In this document: positions 38,607 to 47,858 of the stretch, in pieces
Numbering within the stretch: position 1 is the stretch's first letter
Layout: each line of letters starts with the position of its first letter
Source: Candidatus Latescibacterota bacterium
GTDB taxonomy: Bacteria; Latescibacterota; UBA2968; UBA8231
Assembly: GCA_965221775.1 (NCBI GenBank)
Contig: CBDCSU010000004.1
Coordinates: forward strand, 320,001 to 384,000
DNA: 64,000 nt
Reading direction: 5' to 3'
Program-made: the position numbers and the translations under genes
Notes under the pieces: generated by a model
Databases searched by the model: none
Told to the model about the DNA's origin: nothing
The model's input: only the letters and a program-made list of their open reading frames with translations

Positions 38607-41309
38607 ATGGCCGAGAACGAGAACGGAAAGAAGAGCCTGCGCCAGCGACTGCGGAAGACGCAGTGGCAGGAGGTGGAGGAGTACCGCGCCCTGCTGGAGC
38701 CGGCCGAGCAGTTCGAGAGCGGCTTCACGATGCGCACCATCATCGGCGTCATCTTCATCTCCCTGGTCATGACCCCGGGGGAGATGTACCTGGGCCTGGT
38801 CACCGGCGGGGGCATCGGCGCCGCGGCCCAGTGGGTGACGGTGATCCTCTTCCTGGAGGTGGCCAAGCGCTCCTTCACCTCCCTGCGCCGGCAGGAGATC
38901 TACCTGCTGGTGTACGTGGCCTCGGCCCTGGTGGCCCGCGAAGAAGGGGCCTTCCTCGACCTGCTCTTCCGGCAGTACTTCGTGCGCTCCGCCGAGGCCG
39001 AGCAGTTCGGGATATCCAAGCTGCTGCCGTTCTGGTACGTCCCCCATCCCGAGTCGCCGGCCCTGGCGGCGCGCACCTTCCTGCACCGCGACTGGCTGTG
39101 GCCGATCGCGCTGCTGATCATGGGCACCATCGTCGGCCGCATCAGCTGGTTCACCTCCGGGTACCTGCTCTTCCGCCTGACCTCGGACCGGGAGCGTCTG
39201 CCCTTTCCCACGGCGCCCATGTCGGCCCTCTCGGCCATGGCTTTGGCCGAGGAGAGCGGCGGCGAGAAGGAGACCTGGAAGTGGCCCGTGTTCTCCCTGG
39301 GAGGGGTCATGGGCGCCCTCTTCGGGATGGTCTATGTGGGCATTCCCACCCTGACCGAGGTCCTGCAGGGGACGAAGATCATGCTGATCCCCATCCCCTG
39401 GTGGGACCTGACGCCGTACCTGGGCAACCTCCTGCCGGCCGCGCCCATAGGGATCACCCTCAACCTCGGCATCATCTTCGGCGGTCTCCTGGCCCCGTTC
39501 TGGGGGATCGTCGGGTCCAGCCTAGGCGTGATCGTGCACACCGCGGTCAGCCCCTGGCTGCACTCTCAAGGCCTGCTGCCCGGCTGGTCCCTGGGGATGG
39601 GCCTGATCGAGACCTCGATCGTCACCGGCATCGATTTCTGGAGGGCCTTCTCCATCGGCATCACCGTGGCGGTGACGATCATCAGCTTCTACCAGCTCTT
39701 CGCCACCGCCCGCCAGCGCCGCCTGGCCACGCGCGACGAGTTCCTCGGAGAGAAACGCGAGTACCCGAGGACCTGCGTCCACGACGGCTGCAACGCCCCC
39801 TCGCAGGTCCGCGGCTACTGCATCAAGCACCTCGGACGGGGCGACTTCAACCTCTGGGTCTGCGTCGTCCTCTTCGCCGTGGCCGCCCTCTATCCCATCG
39901 TCCTGGCCAAGACCCTCTTCCCGGCCCTGGTGACCACGGGCCTGCTCCTGACGTTCTTCGGCATCGCCTTCGTGTACGCGCCGATCATGTCCTTCGTCTC
40001 GGCCCGTCTCGACGGGCTCATCGGCCGCGAGGTGTCGATCCCGTACATCAACGAGGCGATCATCTTCCTCACCGGGTACCGGGGCGTGGACATCTGGTTC
40101 GTTCCCTTCCCGACCCGCAACTACGGGGGCCACGCCGAGGGCTTCCGCGTCGTCGAGCTGACGGGCATGCGCTTCACCAGCCTGCTCCATGCCGAGCTGT
40201 TCATGCTGCCCATCGTCTTCGGCGTGAGCCTCATGTACTGGAGCTTCCTCTGGCGCCTGGGGCCCATACCCTCGGAGAGCTACCCCTACGCCCAGCTCAT
40301 GTGGCCCCTGCAGGCTTTCAACCAGGCCCTGTTCTACTCCAGCACCATGTACAACAAGATGTGGCGGGCGGGGGAGGAGGTGGACGGGCGCCGCGTCGCA
40401 GGCGGCGAAGTGGTCTGGAGCCCCTCCAACCTGCAGGACCGGGAGTGGTGGTACTGGCGAGTGCGCGCCACGGACGATGTGCACGTGCCCGATCAGGAAA
40501 GGCGGGAGTACGGCGCGTGGTCGAAGACGGGGTACTTCTACACCAACTTCGGCGACGGCACACCGCCGTCAGAGGTGCCGGAACGCGTCCTCGACCTGCT
40601 CGCCGACGCGAAGCGGAGGGCGGAGCTGAAAAGCAATCCGTCCCGCGCTCCCCCCGAGCCCGCGGCCCTCGGACACACGGCGGAGCTGCTCTGGCCCGCG
40701 CCCGGCGAGGTCGTGGACACGGCGAACCCGAACTTCCACGCCCGGGTGACGGGGGTGGCGGACTCCCTCGAGCTCTACTTCGAGGTGGACCGACTGCCCA
40801 CCTTCGACGGGGAGTTCCTGCAGCGCTCCTCGGACTGGCCGCTCATGTTCACCGCCTTGTGGCGGGACGTTCGCTACACGGGCGACCGTCGGGACAACGA
40901 CGGCGACGGCCTCGTCGACGAGGAGCTCTACAACCTCGAGGACGACGACGGCGACGGGCTGACCGACGAGGACTTCCACCACCCCCTCGATGGCTACAAG
41001 TGGCCGATCATGGTGGGGGGCGCCGGCTTCGGGCTGCTGATGTACTTCGGCCTCTCCTTCCTCGGATTGCCTGTCTTCCTGATCTGGGGGTACGTGCAGA
41101 GCGTTCTGGGGATACCCACGAGTCTGCTGCCCCAGCTGGCCGGGGCCCTGCTCGCCCGGTTCTATTTCTGGAAGCGCTACGGACGGCAGGAGTGGCGCCG
41201 GTACGCCATGGTGCTCACCGTCGGCTTCGGCGTCGGCATGTCCCTCATCGGCATGTTCTGCGCCGCCCTCGCCATGGTCGCCAAGGCGGTCTCGGCCCTG
41301 CGCTACTGA
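38607..41309 (+). CDS. OPT-like oligopeptide transporter homolog with soluble inserts
   Basis: FESGFTMRTIIG, LRRQEIYLL, DRERLPFP, GYRGVDIWF, PIPS..YPY; many TMs. Confidence 0.8.
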   Translation: MAENENGKKSLRQRLRKTQWQEVEEYRALLEPAEQFESGFTMRTIIGVIFISLVMTPGEMYLGLVTGGGIGAAAQWVTVILFLEVAKRSFTSLRRQEIYLLVYVASALVAREEGAFLDLLFRQYFVRSAEAEQFGISKLLPFWYVPHPESPALAARTFLHRDWLWPIALLIMGTIVGRISWFTSGYLLFRLTSDRERLPFPTAPMSALSAMALAEESGGEKETWKWPVFSLGGVMGALFGMVYVGIPTLTEVLQGTKIMLIPIPWWDLTPYLGNLLPAAPIGITLNLGIIFGGLLAPFWGIVGSSLGVIVHTAVSPWLHSQGLLPGWSLGMGLIETSIVTGIDFWRAFSIGITVAVTIISFYQLFATARQRRLATRDEFLGEKREYPRTCVHDGCNAPSQVRGYCIKHLGRGDFNLWVCVVLFAVAALYPIVLAKTLFPALVTTGLLLTFFGIAFVYAPIMSFVSARLDGLIGREVSIPYINEAIIFLTGYRGVDIWFVPFPTRNYGGHAEGFRVVELTGMRFTSLLHAELFMLPIVFGVSLMYWSFLWRLGPIPSESYPYAQLMWPLQAFNQALFYSSTMYNKMWRAGEEVDGRRVAGGEVVWSPSNLQDREWWYWRVRATDDVHVPDQERREYGAWSKTGYFYTNFGDGTPPSEVPERVLDLLADAKRRAELKSNPSRAPPEPAALGHTAELLWPAPGEVVDTANPNFHARVTGVADSLELYFEVDRLPTFDGEFLQRSSDWPLMFTALWRDVRYTGDRRDNDGDGLVDEELYNLEDDDGDGLTDEDFHHPLDGYKWPIMVGGAGFGLLMYFGLSFLGLPVFLIWGYVQSVLGIPTSLLPQLAGALLARFYFWKRYGRQEWRRYAMVLTVGFGVGMSLIGMFCAALAMVAKAVSALRY

Positions 41310-42391
41310 CGCCTTCGGCCGGAGGGCTGATCTCCTGGACTGGTCGCGCCAGTGGCCGGCGGTCCCTCCTCCCGGCGCCAGCGGCGCCCCTGCAGGAACG
41401 CCGGCAGTCCGACGGCCAGGTAGGTGAGGTTGGCCAGGGCGTGGACGACGGTGGCGCAGGCCATGGCCGCCGCCAGGGGAACGGCGAAGAGGACGTGGAG
41501 GGAGTAGCCGTAGAAGTAGTGGTACGGTCCCGTGCCCGCCGGTGCCGGGATCACCATTCCGATCGATGACACGGCCATGATGACGAGGGCCTCCGCCGTC
41601 CCGAGGGACCAGGGGGGGCCGTCGAAGCCGAAGGCCACGTACGACTGGTAGATGATGAGGATGTAGGCCAGGTTCAGCAGGATGGAGCTGACCACGACCT
41701 CGGCCAGGGCAGAGGCGGACCGGAGGGCCACCAGCCCGTCAACGAAACTCCGGAGCATGCCTCCCAGGCGGGCCGCCAGGCCTTCCGACAGCCGGCCCGT
41801 CATGGCTTCCAGGACGCCGATGCCGCGGCCGCCGAAGGTGTAGGCGCCTGCCATGGCGACGGCGACGGCGACGCAGGCGGCCAGGAGACAGAGCTTCGCT
41901 TCCGCCAGGGACAGGGTGAAGGTGATTCCCCCGAGTTCGGTCTCCCAGGGGAAGAGAGCGGCCACCCGCCCCGGCACCACCGCCAGGGAGAGGGCCAGGA
42001 GCGAAGCCAGGCACAGCAGATCCAGGGCCCGCTCCACCACCACCGTGCCGAGGACGGCGCTGATGCTGGCGCCGCGGCGCCACTTGAGGCTGAGGGCGCG
42101 CGCTGCTTCGCCGGCCCGCGGCAGGGCGATGTTGGCGCTGTAGCAGACGCCGAGGGCCAGGGTGGCGTCGAGGACGGTCACCGTGGGGGCCACCGGGCGC
42201 AGCAGCACGATCCAGCGCCAGCCGCGCAGCACCAGGGTGAGCACCGTGGTCGCCGCCATGGCCGCCATCCAGCCGGGAGAGACCGCCCGAGCCGCCGACC
42301 ACAGGGCGCCCGCGTCGATGCCTCGGAAGGCCCAGTAGAGAAACAGGGCCATCAGACCGAGACCGACGACGTACCTGGAGAGGAACTTCAC
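41303..42391 (-). CDS. Lysylphosphatidylglycerol synthase TM / flippase-like (UPF0104) protein
   Basis: LRGWRW..LL, NIALPRAGEAAR, TVVVERALD, PAPAGTGPYH. Confidence 0.88.
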   Translation of the reverse strand: MKFLSRYVVGLGLMALFLYWAFRGIDAGALWSAARAVSPGWMAAMAATTVLTLVLRGWRWIVLLRPVAPTVTVLDATLALGVCYSANIALPRAGEAARALSLKWRRGASISAVLGTVVVERALDLLCLASLLALSLAVVPGRVAALFPWETELGGITFTLSLAEAKLCLLAACVAVAVAMAGAYTFGGRGIGVLEAMTGRLSEGLAARLGGMLRSFVDGLVALRSASALAEVVVSSILLNLAYILIIYQSYVAFGFDGPPWSLGTAEALVIMAVSSIGMVIPAPAGTGPYHYFYGYSLHVLFAVPLAAAMACATVVHALANLTYLAVGLPAFLQGRRWRREEGPPATGATSPGDQPSGRRRQ

Positions 42392-42428
42392 CGCGGGCGC
42401 CGCGGAGAGGGAGCCCCGCGTGGGCCGA

Positions 42429-42824
42429 TCAGGTGTAGACCTGGTCGGGATCGAAGATGCGTTCGTCGACGACTTCCCACCGCTGCTCATCGCGGTTCCA
42501 TCGCCGGTAGTAGCAGGAGTGATACCCCCGGGCACAGGCCGCCACTTCCTGGTCGACCCGGATCTCGAGGGAGTTGCTGTCGCAGTTGAGGCGGATCTCC
42601 CGCACCCTCTGCACGTGTCCCGACTCGACGCCCTTCTTCTGCACCCTTCCCCTCGAGCGCCGGTACAGGTGGACCAGGCCGCTCTCGAGGGTCAGGTGGA
42701 GGGCCTCCTCGTTCAGGTAGCATAGCACCAGGAGCCGGCCCGTCGGCCAATCGGTGACCGCCGCCGGCACCAGGCCGTCGGGCCCCCACTCGATCTCCCC
42801 GGCGATGGTGGTCTCCACGCCCAT
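42429..42824 (-). CDS. Phosphoribosyl-AMP cyclohydrolase (HisI)-like protein with altered active site
   Basis: GLVPA, YLNEEAL..TLESG, RSR, KG.ESGH.Q, CD...., AC..G..SCYY. Confidence 0.8.
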   Translation of the reverse strand: MGVETTIAGEIEWGPDGLVPAAVTDWPTGRLLVLCYLNEEALHLTLESGLVHLYRRSRGRVQKKGVESGHVQRVREIRLNCDSNSLEIRVDQEVAACARGYHSCYYRRWNRDEQRWEVVDERIFDPDQVYT

Positions 42825-42826
42825 GG

Positions 42827-43567
42827 TCACTCCAGGAGATCCTCGGAGACGTCGGCCACGAGGGTGCCGGCATCCTCTCCTTCGCAGATCCTCTGCACGG
42901 TGCCGGTCTCGGTGACGTCGAAGAGGTGCAGGGGCAGGCCGTTGTCCCTCGCCAGGATGACGGCGGTCTGGTCGATGACCCGCAAGTCGCGGCTCAGGAT
43001 CGTGTTGTAGTGCATGCGCCGATACATCCGCGCCTGCGGATCGGTCTTCGGATCGGCGGTGAAGACCCCCCGGGCGCCGTTCTTGGCATACAGGATGGCG
43101 TTGGAGCGCGTCTCCAGGGCGCGCTGCACGGCCGGATAGTCCGTGGTCAGGTACGGCTGGCCCAGCCCCCCGGCGAAGATGACCACGTATCCCTTCTTCA
43201 GATGCTGGATCGCCCGCAGGCGGATGTACGGTTCGGCCACCATGTTTATCTCGATCGCCGTCATGACGCGCACCTCGACGTCGCCCCCGGACTTGGACGA
43301 CAGCACGCCGCGCAGCATCAGGCTGTTCACCACGGTGCCCATCATGCCGATGTTGTCGGCCTCCGCCCGTTCGATGCCCCATTGGGAGGAGAGGTCGCCG
43401 CGGAAGATGTTGCCGCCGCCGATGACGACCGAGACCTGCACCCCCCTGGCATGAAGGCGAAGCACCTCGTTGGCGATGTGATCGAGGGCGGCGTGATCGA
43501 AACCGTACTCCTGTCCGCCGGAGACCGCCTCGCCGCTGAGCTTTAGGGTTACGCGTCGGTAGCGCAT
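42827..43567 (-). CDS. UMP kinase family protein (PyrH paralog type)
   Basis: LKLSGEA, IGGGNIFRG, AD.IGM.GT..N, GQPYLTTDYPAVQRA, ADPK; not in a tsf-frr context. Confidence 0.9.
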   Translation of the reverse strand: MRYRRVTLKLSGEAVSGGQEYGFDHAALDHIANEVLRLHARGVQVSVVIGGGNIFRGDLSSQWGIERAEADNIGMMGTVVNSLMLRGVLSSKSGGDVEVRVMTAIEINMVAEPYIRLRAIQHLKKGYVVIFAGGLGQPYLTTDYPAVQRALETRSNAILYAKNGARGVFTADPKTDPQARMYRRMHYNTILSRDLRVIDQTAVILARDNGLPLHLFDVTETGTVQRICEGEDAGTLVADVSEDLLE

Positions 43568-43578
43568 GGTGTCCTTGG

Positions 43579-45018
43579 TCAGAGGAGGGGACTCTTCTCG
43601 ACCTCGCCCGCCGCGGGCCACCTGGCCACGACATCGTCCACGCGGCGGGAGAACCGGTCGACCTGGTCGGCGGCGAGCCCCACGAAGTCGGCGCCGCGGG
43701 ACAGCAGCTCCTCGATCTCGGCGGTGCTCAGGGGCACCCGGTCGTCGCCGCCGAGACGCTGGACGAGGTCGTTCTCGGTGGCACCCTGCTCCCGCAGGGC
43801 CAGAGCCGCCGCAACGGCGTGCTCGCGGATGGCCTCGTGGACCTCCTCGCGGCCCCCACCGCGGTGGAGGGATTCCATCAGCAGGGTGGTGGTGGCGAGG
43901 AAGGGCAGGTAGCGCTCGAGCTCGCGGGCCAGCGCGACTTCGTAGACCCCCATGTCGTCGACGACGTGGAGAGCGGTCTCCAGCAGACCGTCGAAGGCGA
44001 AGCAACTGTCGGGCAGGGCCACGCGCCGCACCACCGAGCAGGAGACGTCGCCCTCGAACCACTGGTCTCCCACGAGCCCGCCGAGCATGTGGACGTAGCC
44101 GCCGAGGACGACCTGCAGGCCGTTGATCCGCTCGGCGCTGCGCGTGTTCATCTTGTGCGGCATGGCCGATGAGCCCACCTGGCCGCGGGCGAAGCCCTCG
44201 GTAGCGGCCTCGGCCCCGGCCATGAGGCGCAGGGTGCGGGCCAGGTTGGCGATGCCGCCGCCCATCTGGTAGAGGCAGCTGACGACCTCGAAGTCGAGGC
44301 CGCGGGGATAGACCTGGCCCACGGCGTCGAGCCGCGCTTCGAACCCGAGGTGGGCCCGGACCCGGTCCTGGAGCTCTTCCACTTTTTCCGCCTCGCCGCC
44401 GAACAGGGTGAGCTGGTCGAGGGCGGTGCCGACGGCGCCCTGGAGACCCCGCAGGGGGTACGACGCGGCGAGGGCCTCGAGCCGCCGAAAGGCGATCAGC
44501 ATCTCCTCGCCGTAGGCGGCGAGCCGCTTGCCCATCGTCGTCGGCTGGGCCGCGGCGTGGTGGGTTCGGGCCACCACGGGCAGGTCGCGCCACTCGAGGG
44601 CGCGGCCCCGAAGCCGGTCGAGGAGGTGGACGTACTTGGCGGCCAGCAGGCCGAGGCTCGTGAGGATCTGAAACTGCTCGACGTTGTCGGTCAGGTCCCG
44701 GCTCGTCATGCCCTTGTGGATCTGCTCGTGGCCGGCGAGGGCGCAGAACTCCTCGATGCGGGCCTTGACGTCGTGGCGGGTGCGGAGCTCGCGCCGGTGG
44801 ATCGAGGCGAGATCGACCCGGTCCGCGACGGCCTCGCAGGCCTCGACGGCCCCTGCCGGCACCTCGATCCCGAGGTCGGCCTGAGCCTTCAGGACAGCGA
44901 TCCAGAGGCGCCGCTCGAGCCGTACCTTGCCCTCATCCGACCACACCGACCGGACCGCGGGGCTGGCGTAGCGGCTGGCGAGGACGTTCGGGTTCGAGTC
45001 CCGCGTCGGGTCAGTCAA
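43579..45018 (-). CDS. purB: Adenylosuccinate lyase
   Basis: NVLASRYAS, TRHDVKA, H.GMTSRD, GSSAMPHKMN, EGDVSCSVVRR. Confidence 0.93.
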   Translation of the reverse strand: MTDPTRDSNPNVLASRYASPAVRSVWSDEGKVRLERRLWIAVLKAQADLGIEVPAGAVEACEAVADRVDLASIHRRELRTRHDVKARIEEFCALAGHEQIHKGMTSRDLTDNVEQFQILTSLGLLAAKYVHLLDRLRGRALEWRDLPVVARTHHAAAQPTTMGKRLAAYGEEMLIAFRRLEALAASYPLRGLQGAVGTALDQLTLFGGEAEKVEELQDRVRAHLGFEARLDAVGQVYPRGLDFEVVSCLYQMGGGIANLARTLRLMAGAEAATEGFARGQVGSSAMPHKMNTRSAERINGLQVVLGGYVHMLGGLVGDQWFEGDVSCSVVRRVALPDSCFAFDGLLETALHVVDDMGVYEVALARELERYLPFLATTTLLMESLHRGGGREEVHEAIREHAVAAALALREQGATENDLVQRLGGDDRVPLSTAEIEELLSRGADFVGLAADQVDRFSRRVDDVVARWPAAGEVEKSPLL

Positions 45019-45150
45019 AGTCTCGTGATCTGGGGTCGAAGAAGTGGCCGAGGACCGGAGCAAGATCATAAGGATTCCCCTCCACAATCGCTACCGCCAC
45101 CGTGCCCGGCGTGGACACCCCCGGGCGCCTCTCGGAACCGCGGGCCACGG

Positions 45151-46557
45151 CTACATCGGGCCCGCCCAGCGCCAGTAGAGCACGTTGAGCGGCGCCAGCA
45201 GGAGCAGGGACAGGGAGGAGACCAGGAACATGGCCGCCGCCAGCTGCCTCGGAGTCAGGGCGCCATGGGCGAGGACAACCATGAACGGCGCCGACTGGTA
45301 GGGGAGGAAGGCAACCGTCGTCGCCATGGCCACGCTCAGGGCGCTGGCCAGCGGGTCGAGGCCGGCCGCCGCCCCCGCCTCGAGGAGGCTCGGAGTGGCC
45401 ACGGCGCCCACGGCGGCGATGTCCATCAGGAAATCGAGGGGCACGGCCGCCGCGGTCAGCATCAGCTGCGGACCGAGCCATCCTTCACCCACCTTACCGA
45501 GGTGGGCTGCCGCGCCGGCCAAGGCGCGCTGGCTGAAGCCCGTCCCGTCGAGGACGGCCCCGATCCCGAAGAGGGCCACCAGGTAGAAGAAGAAGGGGTA
45601 GTCCACCTGACGCAGGCGCTCCGGTGCGAGGGGACCCACGCCGGGGGTGACGGCCAGCAGGACGACGGCGAGGCCGACGAGGACCGGTGGGAAACCGTGG
45701 ACCACGTCGCTGGCCCACAGGCCGACGCCGAGGAGCATCAGCAATGCCGTGCGGCGCTGATCCGCCCCGGCGCCTTGGGGCGGGACCGGGCGCCGCTGGC
45801 CGAAGGGCCGCAGCCGGCGCCCCCAGATCGCCCAGATCACCGCCGCGCACAGGAGCGTGCGCAGGGCGCCCATGACGGGGAACATCCACAGCAGCCACTC
45901 GCCCCAGTAGACGACCCGTCCGGTGACCGCCTCAAGCTGGCCGGCCACGACGAGGTTCGGCACGGTGCCGGTGAGAATGCCGGCGCCGCCGTAGTAGGTC
46001 CCGAACAGAATCGACAGGATCACCACCGGAGGCAGGGCGGGATCCTCGCCGTCGGGATCGAGGGCGTGGATCAGGGCCGTCCCCACCGGCATCAGCAGCA
46101 GCACACGTACCACGCCGGAGGGGACTAGGAAGGCCGCCAGCAGACCCAGGCCGTGGAGACCGAGGATCAGGCGCCCCCGGCCTCCGGCGAGCATGGGCAG
46201 GGCCGCCCTCGCCAGTCGATCCCCCAGGCCGCTCTCGGAGACCATCAGGCTGAGGACCATCCCGGAGAACACCAGCCAGATGGTGGTACCGGCGAAGGGC
46301 GCGAAGGTCCGGCCGAAGTCGACCAGTCCGCTCACCGGCAGCAGCACCAGCACGACGAGGGAAGTCCAGGAGATGGGGACGGGCTGGGCGGTCCACAGGA
46401 GCAGCGCGAAGAGGCTGATCCCGAGGGCCCGCTGCTGCTCCGCCGGCAGCCACGGCAGGGGCGCGAGGAATCCCGCCGCCAGGAGGACTGCGGCGACCAC
46501 GCCGACCCGGCGGGCTGCCCTCGTCGGCGGTGCGCCGGCCGCCGGGGTGGCTCCCAT
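45151..46557 (-). CDS. SLC13/DASS family permease
   Basis: WLVFSG, LVPSGVVR..LLMP, LTGTVPNLV, YWGEW, FLPYQSAP. Confidence 0.85.
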   Translation of the reverse strand: MGATPAAGAPPTRAARRVGVVAAVLLAAGFLAPLPWLPAEQQRALGISLFALLLWTAQPVPISWTSLVVLVLLPVSGLVDFGRTFAPFAGTTIWLVFSGMVLSLMVSESGLGDRLARAALPMLAGGRGRLILGLHGLGLLAAFLVPSGVVRVLLLMPVGTALIHALDPDGEDPALPPVVILSILFGTYYGGAGILTGTVPNLVVAGQLEAVTGRVVYWGEWLLWMFPVMGALRTLLCAAVIWAIWGRRLRPFGQRRPVPPQGAGADQRRTALLMLLGVGLWASDVVHGFPPVLVGLAVVLLAVTPGVGPLAPERLRQVDYPFFFYLVALFGIGAVLDGTGFSQRALAGAAAHLGKVGEGWLGPQLMLTAAAVPLDFLMDIAAVGAVATPSLLEAGAAAGLDPLASALSVAMATTVAFLPYQSAPFMVVLAHGALTPRQLAAAMFLVSSLSLLLLAPLNVLYWRWAGPM

Positions 46558-46561
46558 GGCG

Positions 46562-47857
46562 TCAGTCCAGGGCGAACAGACTGAGGGCCGGGACGTAGGT
46601 GATGATCAGCAGGCAGGCCAGCAGGATCAGGAGGAAGGGCACGGAGGCCCGGTAGAGATGGAGGATGGGCCGCTCCAGGCGGGCGCTGGCGATGAACAGG
46701 TTCAGCCCCACCGGCGGCGTCGAGTAGCCGATCTCCAGGTTGGCGAGGAAGATGATCCCGAGGTGCACGGGATGGATGTCGTAGGCCGCGGCGACTGGCA
46801 GAATCAGGGGCACGACGACGACGAGGGCGGAGAACATGTCGATCATGCAGCCCACGGCGAGGAGGAACAGGTTCAACAGAACGAGGAAGAGCAGCCGGCT
46901 CTCGATCCCTCCCTGGAGCGCCGCCAGCAGACGGGCGGGGATCTCGGCGTCGATGAGGAAGGAGGTGTAGGCCATGGACGAGGCCAGGATCAGGTAGATC
47001 CCTCCCACGAGGACCATGGTCTCGCGGATGATGCCCGGCAGCTGGGAGGGCCGGATCTCCTTGCGCAGGATCATCTCCACCACCAGCACGTACATGGCGC
47101 TCAGGGCGGCGGCCTCGCTGACGGCGATGAACCCGGAGTAGATGCCGGCGATCACGGCCACGGGCAAGAGCAGCTCCCAGACCGCGTCAACGCAGGCGGA
47201 TACAACCCTCGCTCCCGACCTCGCCGGAGGATTCCCCGGGATCCCGGCCGGCGGCTCCGGAAGGGAGGTGCGGCCGACGCGGCGTCCGACGACGAAACCG
47301 TACCCGGCGAGAGCCAGGACCAGGAGCATGCCCGGAGCGATGCCGGCGACGAACAGCTGGTCGATCGGCGTCTCCGAGACGATTCCGTAGAGGATCAGGG
47401 GGATGCTCGGCGGGAAGAGCAGGCCCAGGCTCCCGGAGGTGGTGAGCAAGCCGAGGGAGAAGGACTCGGGGTAGCGGGCCTGTTGCAGGGCGGGAAAGAG
47501 CAGTCCGCCCACGGCGACGATGGTCATCCCCGAGGCGCCGGTGAAGGCGGTGAGGAGAGCGCACACCGACAGGGCCATGATCGCCAGCCCTCCAGGCAGC
47601 CACCACAGAAGCGCCTCCGACAGCCGGACGAGACGGCGGGCGGCTCCGCTCTCGGCGAGCAGGAACCCGCTGAAGGCGAAGAGGGGGATCGCCGTCAGAG
47701 CCGGCTCGTCGGCGAGCCGGTACATCTCGATGAACAGCACGGTGAGGTCGACGCCGTCGGAGGCGAAGACCACGAGAGCGAGGACGGCGATGACCACGAA
47801 GAGGGGCGTCCCGACCGTGGCCAGCAGGAGTCCCGTCAGAGTGGTGAGGAGGGACAC
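46562..47857 (-). CDS. TRAP transporter large permease (DctM)
   Basis: AIPLF, FTGASG, GSLGLLFPPS.P.ILY, HLGIIFLANLEIGY.TPPVGLNLF. Confidence 0.94.
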   Translation of the reverse strand: MSLLTTLTGLLLATVGTPLFVVIAVLALVVFASDGVDLTVLFIEMYRLADEPALTAIPLFAFSGFLLAESGAARRLVRLSEALLWWLPGGLAIMALSVCALLTAFTGASGMTIVAVGGLLFPALQQARYPESFSLGLLTTSGSLGLLFPPSIPLILYGIVSETPIDQLFVAGIAPGMLLVLALAGYGFVVGRRVGRTSLPEPPAGIPGNPPARSGARVVSACVDAVWELLLPVAVIAGIYSGFIAVSEAAALSAMYVLVVEMILRKEIRPSQLPGIIRETMVLVGGIYLILASSMAYTSFLIDAEIPARLLAALQGGIESRLLFLVLLNLFLLAVGCMIDMFSALVVVVPLILPVAAAYDIHPVHLGIIFLANLEIGYSTPPVGLNLFIASARLERPILHLYRASVPFLLILLACLLIITYVPALSLFALD

Positions 47858-47858
47858 G

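Noticed and set aside
34143-39086. Very long antisense ORFs (1647 aa here, 1001 aa at 30076-33081, and many others)
   Set aside because: Shadow frames of high-GC genes; they mirror real sense-strand genes and have no recognisable motifs
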